Source of the DNA: an uncultured Ignavibacteriota bacterium
GTDB lineage: Bacteria > Bacteroidota > Ignavibacteria > UBA10030 > UBA8401
Direction of reading: 5' to 3'
Length of the DNA stretch: 64,000 nucleotides
Assembly (NCBI GenBank): GCA_903884005.1
Contig: CAISDA010000072.1
Span: 25,284 to 89,283 of the forward strand
Below, in pieces: positions 38,772 to 49,430 of the stretch. The notes under the pieces are model-generated. The model saw nothing but the letters and a program-made list of their open reading frames with translations. It did no database searches and was not told the origin of the DNA. Made by a program: the position numbers and the translations under genes. How positions within the stretch are numbered: position 1 is the first letter of the stretch; each line of letters starts with the position of its first letter.

Positions 38772-39275
38772 TTGATACAACGAATGATATTATATTTTAT
38801 CCGCCATGGTGAAGCAGGTCACATTGCCCCGAGCGATTTTGAACGAACGCTGACGGTGCGCGGCGAAGGCGCGGTGCAGGGAGTAGGCCGCGCGCTCTGC
38901 GGCGTGATCCATCGTGTGCATTGCATCTTTGCAAGTCCGTTGGTGCGCGCGCAGCAGACTGCGGCGATTCTTCAGGGCTATTTCGATCCGGTGCCGATCG
39001 AGACGTGCAACCATCTCACACCGGAGGCAGCTCCGTCGAACTTGCTTGCAGAACTGGGGCATTGCACGAACGATAGTAACATTCTTCTGGTGAGCCATGA
39101 ACCATTCATCAGCACCTGCATCTCGTATTTAACATACGGCACAGCCGATGCCCGGATCAGCATCAGGCCGGCAAGCGTGGCATGCGTGCATGTGGGAGCC
39201 GTCATTGCTCAAGGAGCGGGCAGGCTGGATTGGCTGATGACAGCAGAACAACTCGCGCGCATGAACCTTGCATGA
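38772..39275 (+). CDS. sixA: Histidine phosphatase family protein, SixA-like phosphohistidine phosphatase.
   Basis: About 165 aa with RHGEA catalytic motif near the N-terminus and SHEP later, as in SixA. Confidence 0.6.
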   Translation: MIQRMILYFIRHGEAGHIAPSDFERTLTVRGEGAVQGVGRALCGVIHRVHCIFASPLVRAQQTAAILQGYFDPVPIETCNHLTPEAAPSNLLAELGHCTNDSNILLVSHEPFISTCISYLTYGTADARISIRPASVACVHVGAVIAQGAGRLDWLMTAEQLARMNLA

Positions 39276-39465
39276 GCGGTGTGCGCCGACACCGGCATCA
39301 ACGCTCCACACGTGAACCAACATGCGTGGGATGATGAAGGTCACACTCACACCCGCGGTCGGCAGTATGGAACCCCTTCCATTTGTTTTCTGGAATTTAA
39401 TATTTATATTTACATTCTTATGGCATCAGTTATTCATTGAAACCTAACACAACGGGAAAATCTGT

Positions 39466-41583
39466 ATGGCTACGAAAAAAAAATCCGTCGACGCGCGGGC
39501 ACTTCTCACAGGCTTACGGGATGTGTCGCGCAATCTGTGGTGGAGCTGGGACTTCGACGCCCAGCAGATATTTAACGAATTAGCGCCGCGCCTCTGGGAA
39601 ACATCGAACCACAACCCATCGGTGCTGCTGGCCGAGATTTCTGAACAGGAAATTCTCGCCCGGCTGGCCAACATAGATTTTGCGCTGCGCGTACAGAAGG
39701 TGATCAAACATTTTTCGGCCTACATGAAGCAGACGCAAACCTGGGCCTCCGCGCATGCAAAATTGCTGAAGGCCCCGGTGGCATATTTTAGCGCTGAATT
39801 CGGTTTCCACGAAAGCCTGCGCACGTATTCAGGCGGGCTGGGAATTCTCGCCGGCGATCACACAAAGTCGGCGAGCGATTTGGGCGTTCCGTTCATCGGC
39901 ATCACACTGTTTTATCGCCAGGGGTATTTCGAACAGCGTCTCGGCGTGGAAGGATGGCAGCAGGAAGAATACATCACAGCCGACACGCACAAACTGCCGA
40001 TCCTCCGGGTGACGGACGCCCACGGCAACCCCGTGACGATCTCGGTGCAGATCGGGTTCAGCATCGTGAAAGTGGCCGCGTGGAAATTGATGGTCGGGCG
40101 CAGCACGCTGTACATGCTCGATACCAATCTTCCCCAAAATGAGGAGCGCTTCCGTGACATCACCGCACACGTGTACGGCGGCGATACGACAACGCGCATC
40201 TCGCAGGAAATCGTGCTCGGCATCGGCGGCGTGCGCATGCTCCGTGCGCTGGGGATCTCCCCCTCGATCTTCCACATGAACGAAGGACATTCGGCATTTT
40301 TAACAATCGAACTGCTTCGTGAACAGATCGCCAATAAAGTTCCGCTCGAAAAATCTGTGGCCAGCGTCGTCAAGCACTGCGCATTCACGACCCACACGCC
40401 CGTGCCCGCGGGCCACGACCGTTTCAACCGGGACCTCTTCGAATATGCCTTCGGCCAAAAAGTAAGCGAACTGAAAATGACGGTGGATGAATTGATGGGC
40501 CTCGGGCGCATCCATCCGACCGACCAGAACGAATCGTTCTGCATGACGGTCCTGGCGTTGAAGATGTCGCGCTCGGCCAACGGCGTCAGCGAGCTGCACG
40601 GTCACGTCAGCCGCGAAATGTGGCGCCCGCTCTATCCGAAACTGACAACCGAGAAGGTGCCGATCGGGCACATCACGAACGGCGTGCACATGAAAGGCTG
40701 GTCGAATCCCGTCACCGATGCGTTCTGGACGGAAAAGATCGGACCGGCCTGGGACGAACATTTTCTCGAGCCGGCAGCCTGGCGCAAGGCGTTGAGCGCG
40801 CAGAATATTTCGGACGAAGAACTCTGGGCGCTGCGCTACAGACTGCGGCGGACGCTTGTGGAATTTGCGCGCAGGACTATGCAGAAGCAGCATGCGCGGT
40901 ACGGCAACATGACGAATGCCTTCGAGAACATCTTGAATCCGGACGTGCTGACGATCGGGTTTGCGCGCCGCTTCGCCACGTATAAACGCGCGCCGCTGCT
41001 CTTCTCGCATTTCGAACGGACGCTTGAGCTGTTCAACGATACGAAACAGCCGGTGCAGCTGATCTTCGCGGGCAAGGCGCATCCGCGCGACGACGAAGGG
41101 AAAAAATTCATTCAGCGCATCATCGACCTGACGAAGCATCCTCAATTGTTCGGCAAGGTGATCTTCCTTGAAAATTACGACATCAATGTTGCGCGGTATC
41201 TCGTAGCGGGCGCGGATGTGTGGTTGAACAATCCGCGACGCCCGCTTGAAGCCAGCGGCACCAGCGGACAGAAAGTCTCGATTCATGGCGGCCTCAATTG
41301 CAGTATCATGGACGGATGGTGGCGCGAGGCGTACGACGGCACCAACGGTTGGTCCATCGGCGGCGACGAACAGCCTGCATCGGAACAGGTGCAGGACGAA
41401 CAGGATTCACAATTCCTGTACGATGTGATCAAGTATCAGATCATCCCCGAGTTCTATAAACGCGGCGCGAACAATGTGCCGGCGCAATGGATCAAGCGCG
41501 TGCGGCGCGCGATACAAACGCTCGTGCCGCAATATAACACGCACCGCATGGTCTCGGACTACGTGAAGAAATACTATGTGTGA
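39466..41583 (+). CDS. glgP: Alpha-glucan family phosphorylase (GT35, GlgP/maltodextrin phosphorylase-like).
   Basis: 705 aa. N-terminal LWWSWDFDAQQIF (DUF3417-type), EFGFHESLRTYSGGLGILAGDHTKSASDLGVP, and PLP-Lys region FTTHTPVPAGHD. Confidence 0.85.
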   Translation: MATKKKSVDARALLTGLRDVSRNLWWSWDFDAQQIFNELAPRLWETSNHNPSVLLAEISEQEILARLANIDFALRVQKVIKHFSAYMKQTQTWASAHAKLLKAPVAYFSAEFGFHESLRTYSGGLGILAGDHTKSASDLGVPFIGITLFYRQGYFEQRLGVEGWQQEEYITADTHKLPILRVTDAHGNPVTISVQIGFSIVKVAAWKLMVGRSTLYMLDTNLPQNEERFRDITAHVYGGDTTTRISQEIVLGIGGVRMLRALGISPSIFHMNEGHSAFLTIELLREQIANKVPLEKSVASVVKHCAFTTHTPVPAGHDRFNRDLFEYAFGQKVSELKMTVDELMGLGRIHPTDQNESFCMTVLALKMSRSANGVSELHGHVSREMWRPLYPKLTTEKVPIGHITNGVHMKGWSNPVTDAFWTEKIGPAWDEHFLEPAAWRKALSAQNISDEELWALRYRLRRTLVEFARRTMQKQHARYGNMTNAFENILNPDVLTIGFARRFATYKRAPLLFSHFERTLELFNDTKQPVQLIFAGKAHPRDDEGKKFIQRIIDLTKHPQLFGKVIFLENYDINVARYLVAGADVWLNNPRRPLEASGTSGQKVSIHGGLNCSIMDGWWREAYDGTNGWSIGGDEQPASEQVQDEQDSQFLYDVIKYQIIPEFYKRGANNVPAQWIKRVRRAIQTLVPQYNTHRMVSDYVKKYYV

Positions 41584-41617
41584 TCGGACCGCACCGATAC
41601 GTGCAAGAGGAAAAAAA

Positions 41618-41653
41618 AGCCCCGGGAAAATGTATCCCCGGGGCTTTTTTTTT
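41618..41653. terminator. Rho-independent terminator after glgP (bidirectional: A8 upstream, T9 downstream).
   Basis: GCCCCGGG-AAAATGTAT-CCCCGGGGC stem-loop followed by TTTTTTTTT. Confidence 0.7.
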
Positions 41654-41718
41654 ATGGCGGATGACGGAAATTTTCGGTATCTTTCTCGCAATAAAAACCC
41701 GGCCTTCAGCACGGTCCG

Positions 41719-41916
41719 GTGCACATTCGACAACTGCACGACAATAAGACTCACCACATAATGAAAGTACTGCTGAACATCGTCAAATGGTCTGCCATCA
41801 TCGCCGGCGTCATTTCAATTCCGCTTCTCTTTCAGAAGCGTGTCACCGAACTGGAGCGCCGCGCCCAGGATGTCCGCTACGATACCAACGATTACATTTC
41901 AGACACGATCCTCTAG
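41719..41916 (+). CDS. Small hypothetical single-TM protein (doubtful).
   Basis: Contains one TM-like helix (WSAIIAGVISIPLLF), but occupies what would be the pyk 3'UTR and abuts the pyk stop. Confidence 0.15.
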   Translation: MHIRQLHDNKTHHIMKVLLNIVKWSAIIAGVISIPLLFQKRVTELERRAQDVRYDTNDYISDTIL

Positions 41917-43344
41917 CTATTGAAGTTTCTCCACTTTAATAGTGTTCGTTGAATTGCGCGCAAGCAGCGGGATGCCCGCGGTCATGACGACATAGTCGCC
42001 GTGCTGCACCGCACCCGAGCTGAGCAGCTCTTCATGGATGCGAGCGAAGGTCGCATCGGTATCCCCGATGGCGCTGACGAGGATCGACCGCACTCCCCAG
42101 ACCAACGTGAGCCTCCGCTGTACACGGTCCAGATCGGTGAATGCAATGAGCGGAGTGGCCGGCCGGTACCGTGCGATGATCTTCACCATGTCCCCCGAGT
42201 GTGTCACGCACACGATGGCTGCCGCGTCGATATTTTTCGCGAGCATCGTTGCCGACCGGCCCAGCGCCTTGAACACACCCACTTGCTCGTCGTTGACAGT
42301 CTCATCGAGATACAAATTCATATGCGATTCTTCTTCGGCTTTCCGGATAATGGAGCTCATTGTCTGGACCACCGTAACAACATTTTTCCCGACAGACGTC
42401 TCGCCCGAAAGCATCACCGCATCTGCGCCGTCGAGCACCGCATTGGCCACATCGTTCGCCTCGGCGCGCGTGGGCCGCGCGTTTTCGATCATCGACTCGA
42501 GCATCTGCGTGGCAATGATGACCGGCTTCCCGGCAGCATTGGCCTTGCGGCAGATCATTTTTTGCGCGATCGGCACATCCTCCGTTGGACATTCCACGCC
42601 CAGGTCGCCCCGCGCCACCATGAGCGCATCGGCCTCGGCGATGATGCCGTCGATATCCACGAGCGCCTCGGGTTTTTCGATCTTCGCGATGATGGGAAGG
42701 CGGCGCGTGCCGATGGCGTCGGAGATGAATTTGCGTATATGCCGGATGTCCTCGGATGTGCGAACGAACGAGAGCGCGACATAGTCGATATTGTTGGCAA
42801 TGCCGAACAGGAGATCCGCCGCATCTTTGTCCGTCATGGACGGGGAACTGACTGCGACGCCGGGGAGATTGATGCCCTTATGATTTTTGAGGAGGCCGCC
42901 GTGGACAACTTCGGTGATGACGTCCGTGTCGATCACTTCAAGCGCCTTAAATTGGAGCAGGCCGTCGTCCATGAGAATCGTATCGCCCGGTTTCACGTCG
43001 TGCGGAAGGTGCTTGTATGTCGTCGAGACGCGTTGTGCTGTGCCGATGATATCGTCGGTCGTGATGGCAAACCTGTCGCCGTCATGCAGCAGTACCGGCG
43101 CGGCAAGCATGCCGGTCCGGATCTTGGGCCCCTGGAGGTCCTGCAGTATGGCGACCGGTTCGCCCACATTGGCGGCAGCCTCGCGCACCCGGGCCATCAT
43201 CTGCAGATGATCGTCATGTGTGCCGTGCGAAAAATTCAACCGCGCGACATTCATGCCCGCACGGATCATCTTCTCGAGCGTTTCCACGGACGAGGATGCG
43301 GGCCCGAGCGTACAGACGATTTTAGTTTTTGCCAAACGAGTCAT
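41917..43344 (-). CDS. pyk: Pyruvate kinase.
   Basis: 475 aa. KIVCTLGPAS, NFSHG, and the MVARGDLGVE motif. Confidence 0.95.
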   Translation of the reverse strand: MTRLAKTKIVCTLGPASSSVETLEKMIRAGMNVARLNFSHGTHDDHLQMMARVREAAANVGEPVAILQDLQGPKIRTGMLAAPVLLHDGDRFAITTDDIIGTAQRVSTTYKHLPHDVKPGDTILMDDGLLQFKALEVIDTDVITEVVHGGLLKNHKGINLPGVAVSSPSMTDKDAADLLFGIANNIDYVALSFVRTSEDIRHIRKFISDAIGTRRLPIIAKIEKPEALVDIDGIIAEADALMVARGDLGVECPTEDVPIAQKMICRKANAAGKPVIIATQMLESMIENARPTRAEANDVANAVLDGADAVMLSGETSVGKNVVTVVQTMSSIIRKAEEESHMNLYLDETVNDEQVGVFKALGRSATMLAKNIDAAAIVCVTHSGDMVKIIARYRPATPLIAFTDLDRVQRRLTLVWGVRSILVSAIGDTDATFARIHEELLSSGAVQHGDYVVMTAGIPLLARNSTNTIKVEKLQ

Positions 43345-43430
43345 GTGTATTTTTCCGATTTGGTGAAGAAGGAATACTCATAGAACCGCCCCCGGGAGCA
43401 GGCGGGCCATGGACACAATGGGTTTTCACA

Positions 43431-44162
43431 TTACGGCAGAGGCGGCAGGCCCCAGAGCCTGACATATGGGCCATATGCCACGCGTGGAATCTGCACGAGC
43501 AGCGGCCTCTTGCCCGGATCGATCCATTGCAGAAGAGTCAGCATTTGTTCTTCATCCATTGCCGTACACCCGACGGTCGGAGTTCTATCCGGGCTGTTGA
43601 GATGAAGGAAAATGCAGCTGCCTTTTCCCGGAATGCACCCCGGATTGTGTTTCACGAAGATAACATATTTATAGTCGATGCCCTCGAATTTCATTCTCTC
43701 GGCGGAGCGCCATTGCGTTGCGCCTTTCACTGTCTTCGGCACTTTTTTTTCATCGATCATTTTATTGTAATATGCCGACAGCGGATCGTCGACCCATCGG
43801 AGCGTCGAAGTGCTGCGCGTATAGGGGTAGCGCACGCCGGCAGGCGCGGCAGAATCGTATCCACAGAATGCGCCGAGCTCAAAGATCCCCGCAGGAGAGC
43901 GGCGATCGCCTTCACGTTTGAAGCGGGCATCGAGAGGCAGCGGATGCACGCCGAGGCCCCATGCCATGCCCGAATCGCCGTATGTCACCTTCCACGACGG
44001 CCTGACCATGCTCCAGCCCTGCTTCGTTTTTTCAAACAGCATCATTGTGCCGTGCTGGGAGTTCCATTCGGGTCCCACCGAGACGAGCAGTTGCTGCGAA
44101 GTGCCGAGCTGCGCTGACGCCGTGGCTGCCGCGAGGCTGAGCAGAAGAAGGATAATTTTCAT
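43431..44162 (-). CDS. Secreted L,D-transpeptidase (YkuD)-like domain protein.
   Basis: Signal peptide MKIILLLLSLAAATASA. C-terminal GSCIFLHLN...GCTAM resembles the YkuD His/Cys catalytic region. Confidence 0.5.
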   Translation of the reverse strand: MKIILLLLSLAAATASAQLGTSQQLLVSVGPEWNSQHGTMMLFEKTKQGWSMVRPSWKVTYGDSGMAWGLGVHPLPLDARFKREGDRRSPAGIFELGAFCGYDSAAPAGVRYPYTRSTSTLRWVDDPLSAYYNKMIDEKKVPKTVKGATQWRSAERMKFEGIDYKYVIFVKHNPGCIPGKGSCIFLHLNSPDRTPTVGCTAMDEEQMLTLLQWIDPGKRPLLVQIPRVAYGPYVRLWGLPPLP

Positions 44163-44326
44163 AATGTCCGTTGTATGTGAAGCAGAATCGCTGCAATGAA
44201 TGATCGATAATGTGATTCGTTATGGGAGCGGAATATCGCCTGCTGTCGCGTCCTGTCTGCTCCCAGACATGTAAATATACCCTTCGACATCAACGGAATC
44301 AAGCAGCTTTTCAGGCAGCCTGACGC

Positions 44327-47300
44327 TTATTTTACAAGCATCATTGTTTTGCTCTGAACAAAGCCCTGGGTGCCGGAAGAAGCGGACGCCGAAATCCGGT
44401 AGACATACACACCGCTTGAAAGAGCAAAGGCGGAAGCGTCGAATCTCACACTGCGGTAACCGGCCGGCTGTGTACCGTTGACGAGCCGGGCAACTTCATT
44501 TCCAAGAATGTCGTAGACCGTGAGAGTGACCCTGCCTGCGAACGGCAGACTGTAGCTGATCGTTGTCGCCGGGTTGAATGGGTTCGGATAATTATTGCCA
44601 AGCGCATATTCGATCGGCACTCCGCCGGCGGTCTCCGGCACGGACGTCGCGGTATTGACCTGCAGATTGTCGAAATACAGTTCGCCCGCGGTTTCTGCGC
44701 CATTCATTTGTCGAAGCGCTATTGCGCTGAACGCCGCAATATTTTTATCCTTCAATGCGATAGTCATTATTTTCCAGCCCGTCCAGTTCACGGTATCGAC
44801 AGCACACGTCAACGTCCCGCCGGCATTATCCTTAAAACGATATTCAAGGATGTTGCCGCTGAGGTCGCCATAGACCCACATGCCAAATAGAGTCGATCCG
44901 TCCGCATGTATCGCCTGTCCCGAAGTCTTTTCCATCACGCACAGTCCTTCCCTGCCGGAAAACGCATAGGCTAATTTTCCCGCCGCGTCCCCGCTGCATT
45001 TTATCGCTGTGGAGAGCGTTAATGCGGTCCCGGCCGCATCCACGTTGCTGCTCTGGACGTTGACTGCCGGCTGCATCCAATTGCTGACTGTTTCGAAACT
45101 GTCGGCTATTGCTCCGTCGCAATACGTTGAGGCTTCAGTGAAAAATGGAATGTCAATATTTTCTCCCAGAGCCAGTTTTTCCGTATCCATGATTCCGGAT
45201 TTCAATTTTATTTTATACTGTGCATTGGCACTTAACGCCGTGCCCGGTGTAAAGATGATAATGCCTGCGGCATACAACGCGCTGTTCACTTTAACAGTGA
45301 GCGCTTTGTCCGAAGCATCGGTCAGTGAAACATTATTCGCAAGCGACGAGGGGGCGATTGCGCCGTCGAAGGTCAGACGGATCTGAACTGTTTTGCTGAT
45401 CTCCGATTGCAGAGCCGCCGGATATTTTTTAAGGAGCATCAGCCTCACCCTGATTGTGGTAAAACTGAACGAGCACGGTGTTTTCAGATGAAGACCGTTG
45501 ACATCCGCTGCGGAGGTATCAACAGTGACAGTATACGCCGTCTGGCGTTTCAGTGAACCTGCAGGGATGAAGGTGAGACGCGCATCGTTATTGTCCCATG
45601 CAAACGCGCCCGCGGTCTGCGGAACGATGCTGAATGCCGATTGACATTTTTGCCTGTCCATCGCTTTATTAAAATTGATGGCGACAGGGCTGAGCGTGTC
45701 CACTTTGGTGAGAACGGAGGGAGAATAACTCCTGACCGTGACTGCTGTCTGGAACAACTCGGCCTGATCGAGAAAGATGCTGCCGGATGTGAGCCCGAGG
45801 GACGCTTGTTTGACGACAATGCCCGCGAACATTTTTTTGCCGGTATCGGCGATGCTGCTCAATTGTATCTGCGCGAATTTCCAGCCGGTCCAGTTGAGCG
45901 TATCAACATAGAATATTTTTTCCCTCAGCTGCGCGTCTACGAATACGTAGCCGAGCAGGTTGGTGCTTGCATCGCCGAAGATCCACATGCCGAAGGACGT
46001 ATCGGCGCTCGCACCGAGTGCCGTGGGAAAAGGATTCTTGAGGTAACAGACCCCGCCGGTGGTTGAAGTGAATACATACGTTAATTTTCCCGACGCCTTT
46101 CCATCCGTGTGGTGATTGTTATCGACCGCAAAGAACGTTTGGGCGGCAATCGTGCCGACGGTTCCAGTAGTATTGTCCGGATCTGGCCAGACGGCGCCGT
46201 CTTCAAAATCGATGACCGTTCTGCCAGTGACCGCCGCCTGGGATGTCCCGGTTGTAAAGCTGAATTGTTTTTGTGTTAACAGCGTCAGAGCATTCGTGCT
46301 CTGCAGGGCAGGCGCTATGACAACCGTATACTCCGCATGATCAGCGAAACGCTGCTTCGGCTCCACGATCACGAGGCCGGAAGAGCACAACGACGTATCG
46401 ATTGTGAATGCTGCGTTCTTCCCGTCTGTACCGAGGAGCGAAATATTCTCCGCGGCTGATGCCGGGAGAACGGGCTCGCTGAACTGCAATTTCACCGCGG
46501 CAGTGGGAATGATATTCGTTTGATTGTTTTTCGGATAGGTCGATTGCAATTGTTCTCTGCGCTGGTATCTGGCGCTGACAGCCCACGGCAGCGGTGTGAT
46601 CTGCTGGTGGCCCGTATTGGCATCCGACCAGTCGTAGATGGCATTTTTGCCGTCAAGTTTTGAATGATTATACCCGTTGGGATTCTTATCGCCATACGGG
46701 TCATTGACGTAGACTGTATGACCCGTGCCGTATTGTTTGACGATCATCACGATATGAGCCGCCGTCAGACCGGTGCTGCAGACAATGTATGGATAGCCCA
46801 GATTGATTTCGGTCATGGCGCTTGTCCAGGTGACGTCGTCAGTTCGCGTTGAACTGATTCCGTAGTTGGTAAGGAATGTCACGATATTGGAATAGGGTGA
46901 TCCGTTATTCCACAAGCATCCGTGTGCGCCGGTCATCCAACTTCCGCCATAGCCGGCATACGTCACCCCGTTATAGGTGTACGGATCGGAAATATATTTT
47001 CCATACGGGCTGTAGATGCCATAGTGATACGAATAGATCGGATCGGGCGGCAGTATTTTATAAGAGGCGATCGCTTCCAGCGCACTGGAAGCACCGCAGC
47101 AGGCATATCCTATGCTTCCGCTATACCAGTCGGAATTCGTGCCGGTCTGCAGCACTTGGTGGATGTGCACGTACTCCCAGTCGACGGCAGACACGTTGGC
47201 CGGCCGAAGGGTCTTCGCCGCCGGTATTTCCATAAAAGCGCCGATCTCGAGTGCCTGTGAGCTTTTAAAGAGCACGGTGTTCGCTTTTGTATCGAGGGAT

Positions 47301-48256
47301 ATTTTCAGGATCTCGCGGCTGCCGCAGGTTTGGCAGACAATGTCGCCGCCTGAAAACGAAGCATCCATCTCCTTTATGCCGGGGGTATTGGTAAGTTTCG
47401 CAAGGTTGTTCATGCCGGCATCATAAAGGAAGATATCGGAATTATTCAGCAGCATGTTCGTCATATCGATATCCCGCTTGTGGAAGACAAGCGTGTTGGC
47501 ATCCGGTGCCCATCGTGCATTCTCGCCGTCCGAAACGACAACCGTTTCGCCGTTGACGAGGTTCTTCACGAGGATTCTCGCATCGATGGACTGGAACGAC
47601 AGTCGGGATCCGTCGAAGGACCATTGCGCATCGCCGTAGCCGGCTTTCGCATCCGTCAGGAGTTCCTTCGTTTCGGTTGCCGGTTCATATTTCCAGAGTT
47701 GATCATCATTATTATAGATGACATATCGTCCGTCGGGTGAAACGGGAGTTCTGTTGGAGTAGACACCGAGATCGTAGCGTTCAACGGACGATTCTTTTTT
47801 TATCACGAGCTGGCTGCCCACGGTAAAAACAATCGTTCCGTCGCCGGCGAAGGAAGGCTGGCCGCAGAGTTCTGCCGGTGCCGCCAATTTTTCAATGACG
47901 AGTGATTGCAAATGACAGACCGCCGGCGATTGCATGCGCGTCAGCGGATCGATGAATTTAAAGCCGAGGGTCTTTTGGTCGAAAGACAACGTCATATATC
48001 TTCCGCAACCAGGGGCCGTGATAATTTTCTTCATCTCGCCGTTCGTGATCAGATAGACCGAGGAAGAAAATTCGTCCGTACACACAATGCCATATGGAGT
48101 GATCATGGGTGACGAAAAATATCCGTGCGGCGTGGTTTCGGGCGCGGAGGCGTTCAACGCGGCTGAGCTTTGCGAATGCACATCGATTGAGAAACAGGCC
48201 AGACAGCACAACAATAAAAATTTGACAGATGGAGCATGAGCGTATGTGAGGGACAT
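44327..48256 (-). CDS. Large secreted multidomain protein: PD40/TolB-like beta-propeller, peptidase C39-like (C39_2) cysteine-peptidase domain, Ig-like domains, T9SS C-terminal sorting domain.
   Basis: Signal peptide. PD40-like repeats (SPDGRYVIY, SFDGSRLSF, WAPDANTLVF). C39-like Cys context SIGYACCGASSALEAIASY and His context GHTVYVNDPYG. C-terminal NYPNPFNPATTISYSL...GVYVYRISA CTD. Confidence 0.8.
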   Translation of the reverse strand: MSLTYAHAPSVKFLLLCCLACFSIDVHSQSSAALNASAPETTPHGYFSSPMITPYGIVCTDEFSSSVYLITNGEMKKIITAPGCGRYMTLSFDQKTLGFKFIDPLTRMQSPAVCHLQSLVIEKLAAPAELCGQPSFAGDGTIVFTVGSQLVIKKESSVERYDLGVYSNRTPVSPDGRYVIYNNDDQLWKYEPATETKELLTDAKAGYGDAQWSFDGSRLSFQSIDARILVKNLVNGETVVVSDGENARWAPDANTLVFHKRDIDMTNMLLNNSDIFLYDAGMNNLAKLTNTPGIKEMDASFSGGDIVCQTCGSREILKISLDTKANTVLFKSSQALEIGAFMEIPAAKTLRPANVSAVDWEYVHIHQVLQTGTNSDWYSGSIGYACCGASSALEAIASYKILPPDPIYSYHYGIYSPYGKYISDPYTYNGVTYAGYGGSWMTGAHGCLWNNGSPYSNIVTFLTNYGISSTRTDDVTWTSAMTEINLGYPYIVCSTGLTAAHIVMIVKQYGTGHTVYVNDPYGDKNPNGYNHSKLDGKNAIYDWSDANTGHQQITPLPWAVSARYQRREQLQSTYPKNNQTNIIPTAAVKLQFSEPVLPASAAENISLLGTDGKNAAFTIDTSLCSSGLVIVEPKQRFADHAEYTVVIAPALQSTNALTLLTQKQFSFTTGTSQAAVTGRTVIDFEDGAVWPDPDNTTGTVGTIAAQTFFAVDNNHHTDGKASGKLTYVFTSTTGGVCYLKNPFPTALGASADTSFGMWIFGDASTNLLGYVFVDAQLREKIFYVDTLNWTGWKFAQIQLSSIADTGKKMFAGIVVKQASLGLTSGSIFLDQAELFQTAVTVRSYSPSVLTKVDTLSPVAINFNKAMDRQKCQSAFSIVPQTAGAFAWDNNDARLTFIPAGSLKRQTAYTVTVDTSAADVNGLHLKTPCSFSFTTIRVRLMLLKKYPAALQSEISKTVQIRLTFDGAIAPSSLANNVSLTDASDKALTVKVNSALYAAGIIIFTPGTALSANAQYKIKLKSGIMDTEKLALGENIDIPFFTEASTYCDGAIADSFETVSNWMQPAVNVQSSNVDAAGTALTLSTAIKCSGDAAGKLAYAFSGREGLCVMEKTSGQAIHADGSTLFGMWVYGDLSGNILEYRFKDNAGGTLTCAVDTVNWTGWKIMTIALKDKNIAAFSAIALRQMNGAETAGELYFDNLQVNTATSVPETAGGVPIEYALGNNYPNPFNPATTISYSLPFAGRVTLTVYDILGNEVARLVNGTQPAGYRSVRFDASAFALSSGVYVYRISASASSGTQGFVQSKTMMLVK

Positions 48257-48470
48257 AACGATACCTGTGGAGTTTAAGCGGACGTGGCAACCGATAGTGG
48301 AAAGAAACCTTAACCGCTATTAACATAAGGCCTTATTAGTGCTATGTCAATGCTTTGCGATAAATAGGACTTCAACCGCCCCGCCCCCTTTCGCCGCCGA
48401 AGTACGATAGACGGGAGGAGGAGGCGCTCGGACATTCGTGAGAGTGTTGACCGGCGAATAACGGTCAGGA

Positions 48471-48516
48471 AAAAAGCATGCCGATGAGATATTTCTTCTC
48501 ATCGGCATGTTTTGTT
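48471..48516. terminator. Perfect 13-bp inverted-repeat hairpin followed by a T-run (bidirectional terminator-like).
   Basis: CATGCCGATGAGA-tatttct-TCTCATCGGCATG followed by TTTTGTT, with A6 upstream. Confidence 0.5.
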
Positions 48517-48610
48517 ACAACCGGTTACAAAACTCACAGTGCGTCATAGCGAGATAAAGCGGTTGAGCGTTACCACAGGTTACCAAACACACTCAAAACA
48601 GGGGTTTGGC

Positions 48611-48643
48611 CAAAAAAAAACAGGCCAAATTGGCCTGTTTTCG
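48611..48643. terminator. Rho-independent terminator immediately 3' of tRNA-Pro (minus strand).
   Basis: On the minus strand: AACAGGCC-AATT-GGCCTGTT followed by TTTTTTTT. Confidence 0.65.
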
Positions 48644-48718
48644 TCGGAACGGCGGGATTCGAACCCGCGACCCCTACCACCCCAAGGTAGTGCGCTAGCC
48701 GGGCTGCGCTACGTTCCG
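48644..48718 (-). tRNA. tRNA-Pro (anticodon GGG).
   Basis: Manual fold: acceptor CGGAACG/CGTTCCG, D-arm GCGC/GCGC, anticodon stem CTACC/GGTAG with loop TTGGGGT (anticodon GGG), T-arm GCGGG-TTCGAAT-CCCGC, discriminator A. Confidence 0.85.
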
Positions 48719-48768
48719 TGCATATCAATGTACGAACTTCCACTTGAATTTCAAAGAGGAAAATCCGA

Positions 48769-49185
48769 TTAAATTTTCACCAGGAGCTCTTCAAGAAGCA
48801 ATTTCATTTCGAGCAAATCGGCCTTCAGTGCATCGCCGGTTGCGGTATTCTTTTTCTCAGGCGACGCGGCAACGGCGACCGGTTTTTCCTCCGGCGTCTC
48901 GCCGAAGAGTGTTTCCTGCTTTCCCTCCTGCTCCGATGTCCAGCTCTTGAGTATCTGCTTGGCCCCTTCTATTGTATACCGCTCCTCACGCAGCAAGTGC
49001 TTGATGTGCAGGATCAATTTAATATCCTTATTGCCGTACACTCTGTTGCCAGCTCTGTTCTTCTGAGGCTTGAGCAGTTCAAACTCCGACTCCCAGTACC
49101 GAAGCACGTATTGTTCCAGATCGGTGATCTTACTGACCTCGCTGATCGAGTAGTACAGTTTTTTGATGCCTGTCGATTTTGTCAT
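48769..49185 (-). CDS. MerR-family transcriptional regulator.
   Basis: HTH_MerR segment KKLYYSISEVSKITDLEQYVLRYWESEF...NRVYGNKDIKLILHIKHLL. Start set at the internal ATG at 49185. Confidence 0.75.
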   Translation of the reverse strand: MTKSTGIKKLYYSISEVSKITDLEQYVLRYWESEFELLKPQKNRAGNRVYGNKDIKLILHIKHLLREERYTIEGAKQILKSWTSEQEGKQETLFGETPEEKPVAVAASPEKKNTATGDALKADLLEMKLLLEELLVKI

Positions 49186-49430
49186 ACGGTATCCGCAGTG
49201 TGGTGAGCAAAGTCCTCTTGTGTAAATAGTATTAAAAAGCATTGTGATTTGCAATCATTAATATTGACTTCGGTGCAATTTTCTGAAAATTTTGTATTTG
49301 CATTTCACCCATTGAATGGCTAATTTCCCGAAGAGAGACAGGAATTGGATGTGCGGCGGGTGGCCGCGCCGTCGAAATCAGCGCTGGGTGTGGACAAATC
49401 AACGTTCCTATCAAATTAGGAGGAATCCTT

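Noticed and set aside
42001-43383. 460-aa plus-strand ORF overlapping pyk.
   Set aside because: Antisense to pyruvate kinase; no recognisable motifs.
49264-49300. Possible MerR-type promoter (TTGACT with a long spacer) between the MerR gene and the downstream OMP gene.
   Set aside because: No convincing -10 hexamer at 19–20-bp spacing and no clear dyad symmetry, so it is too weak to call.
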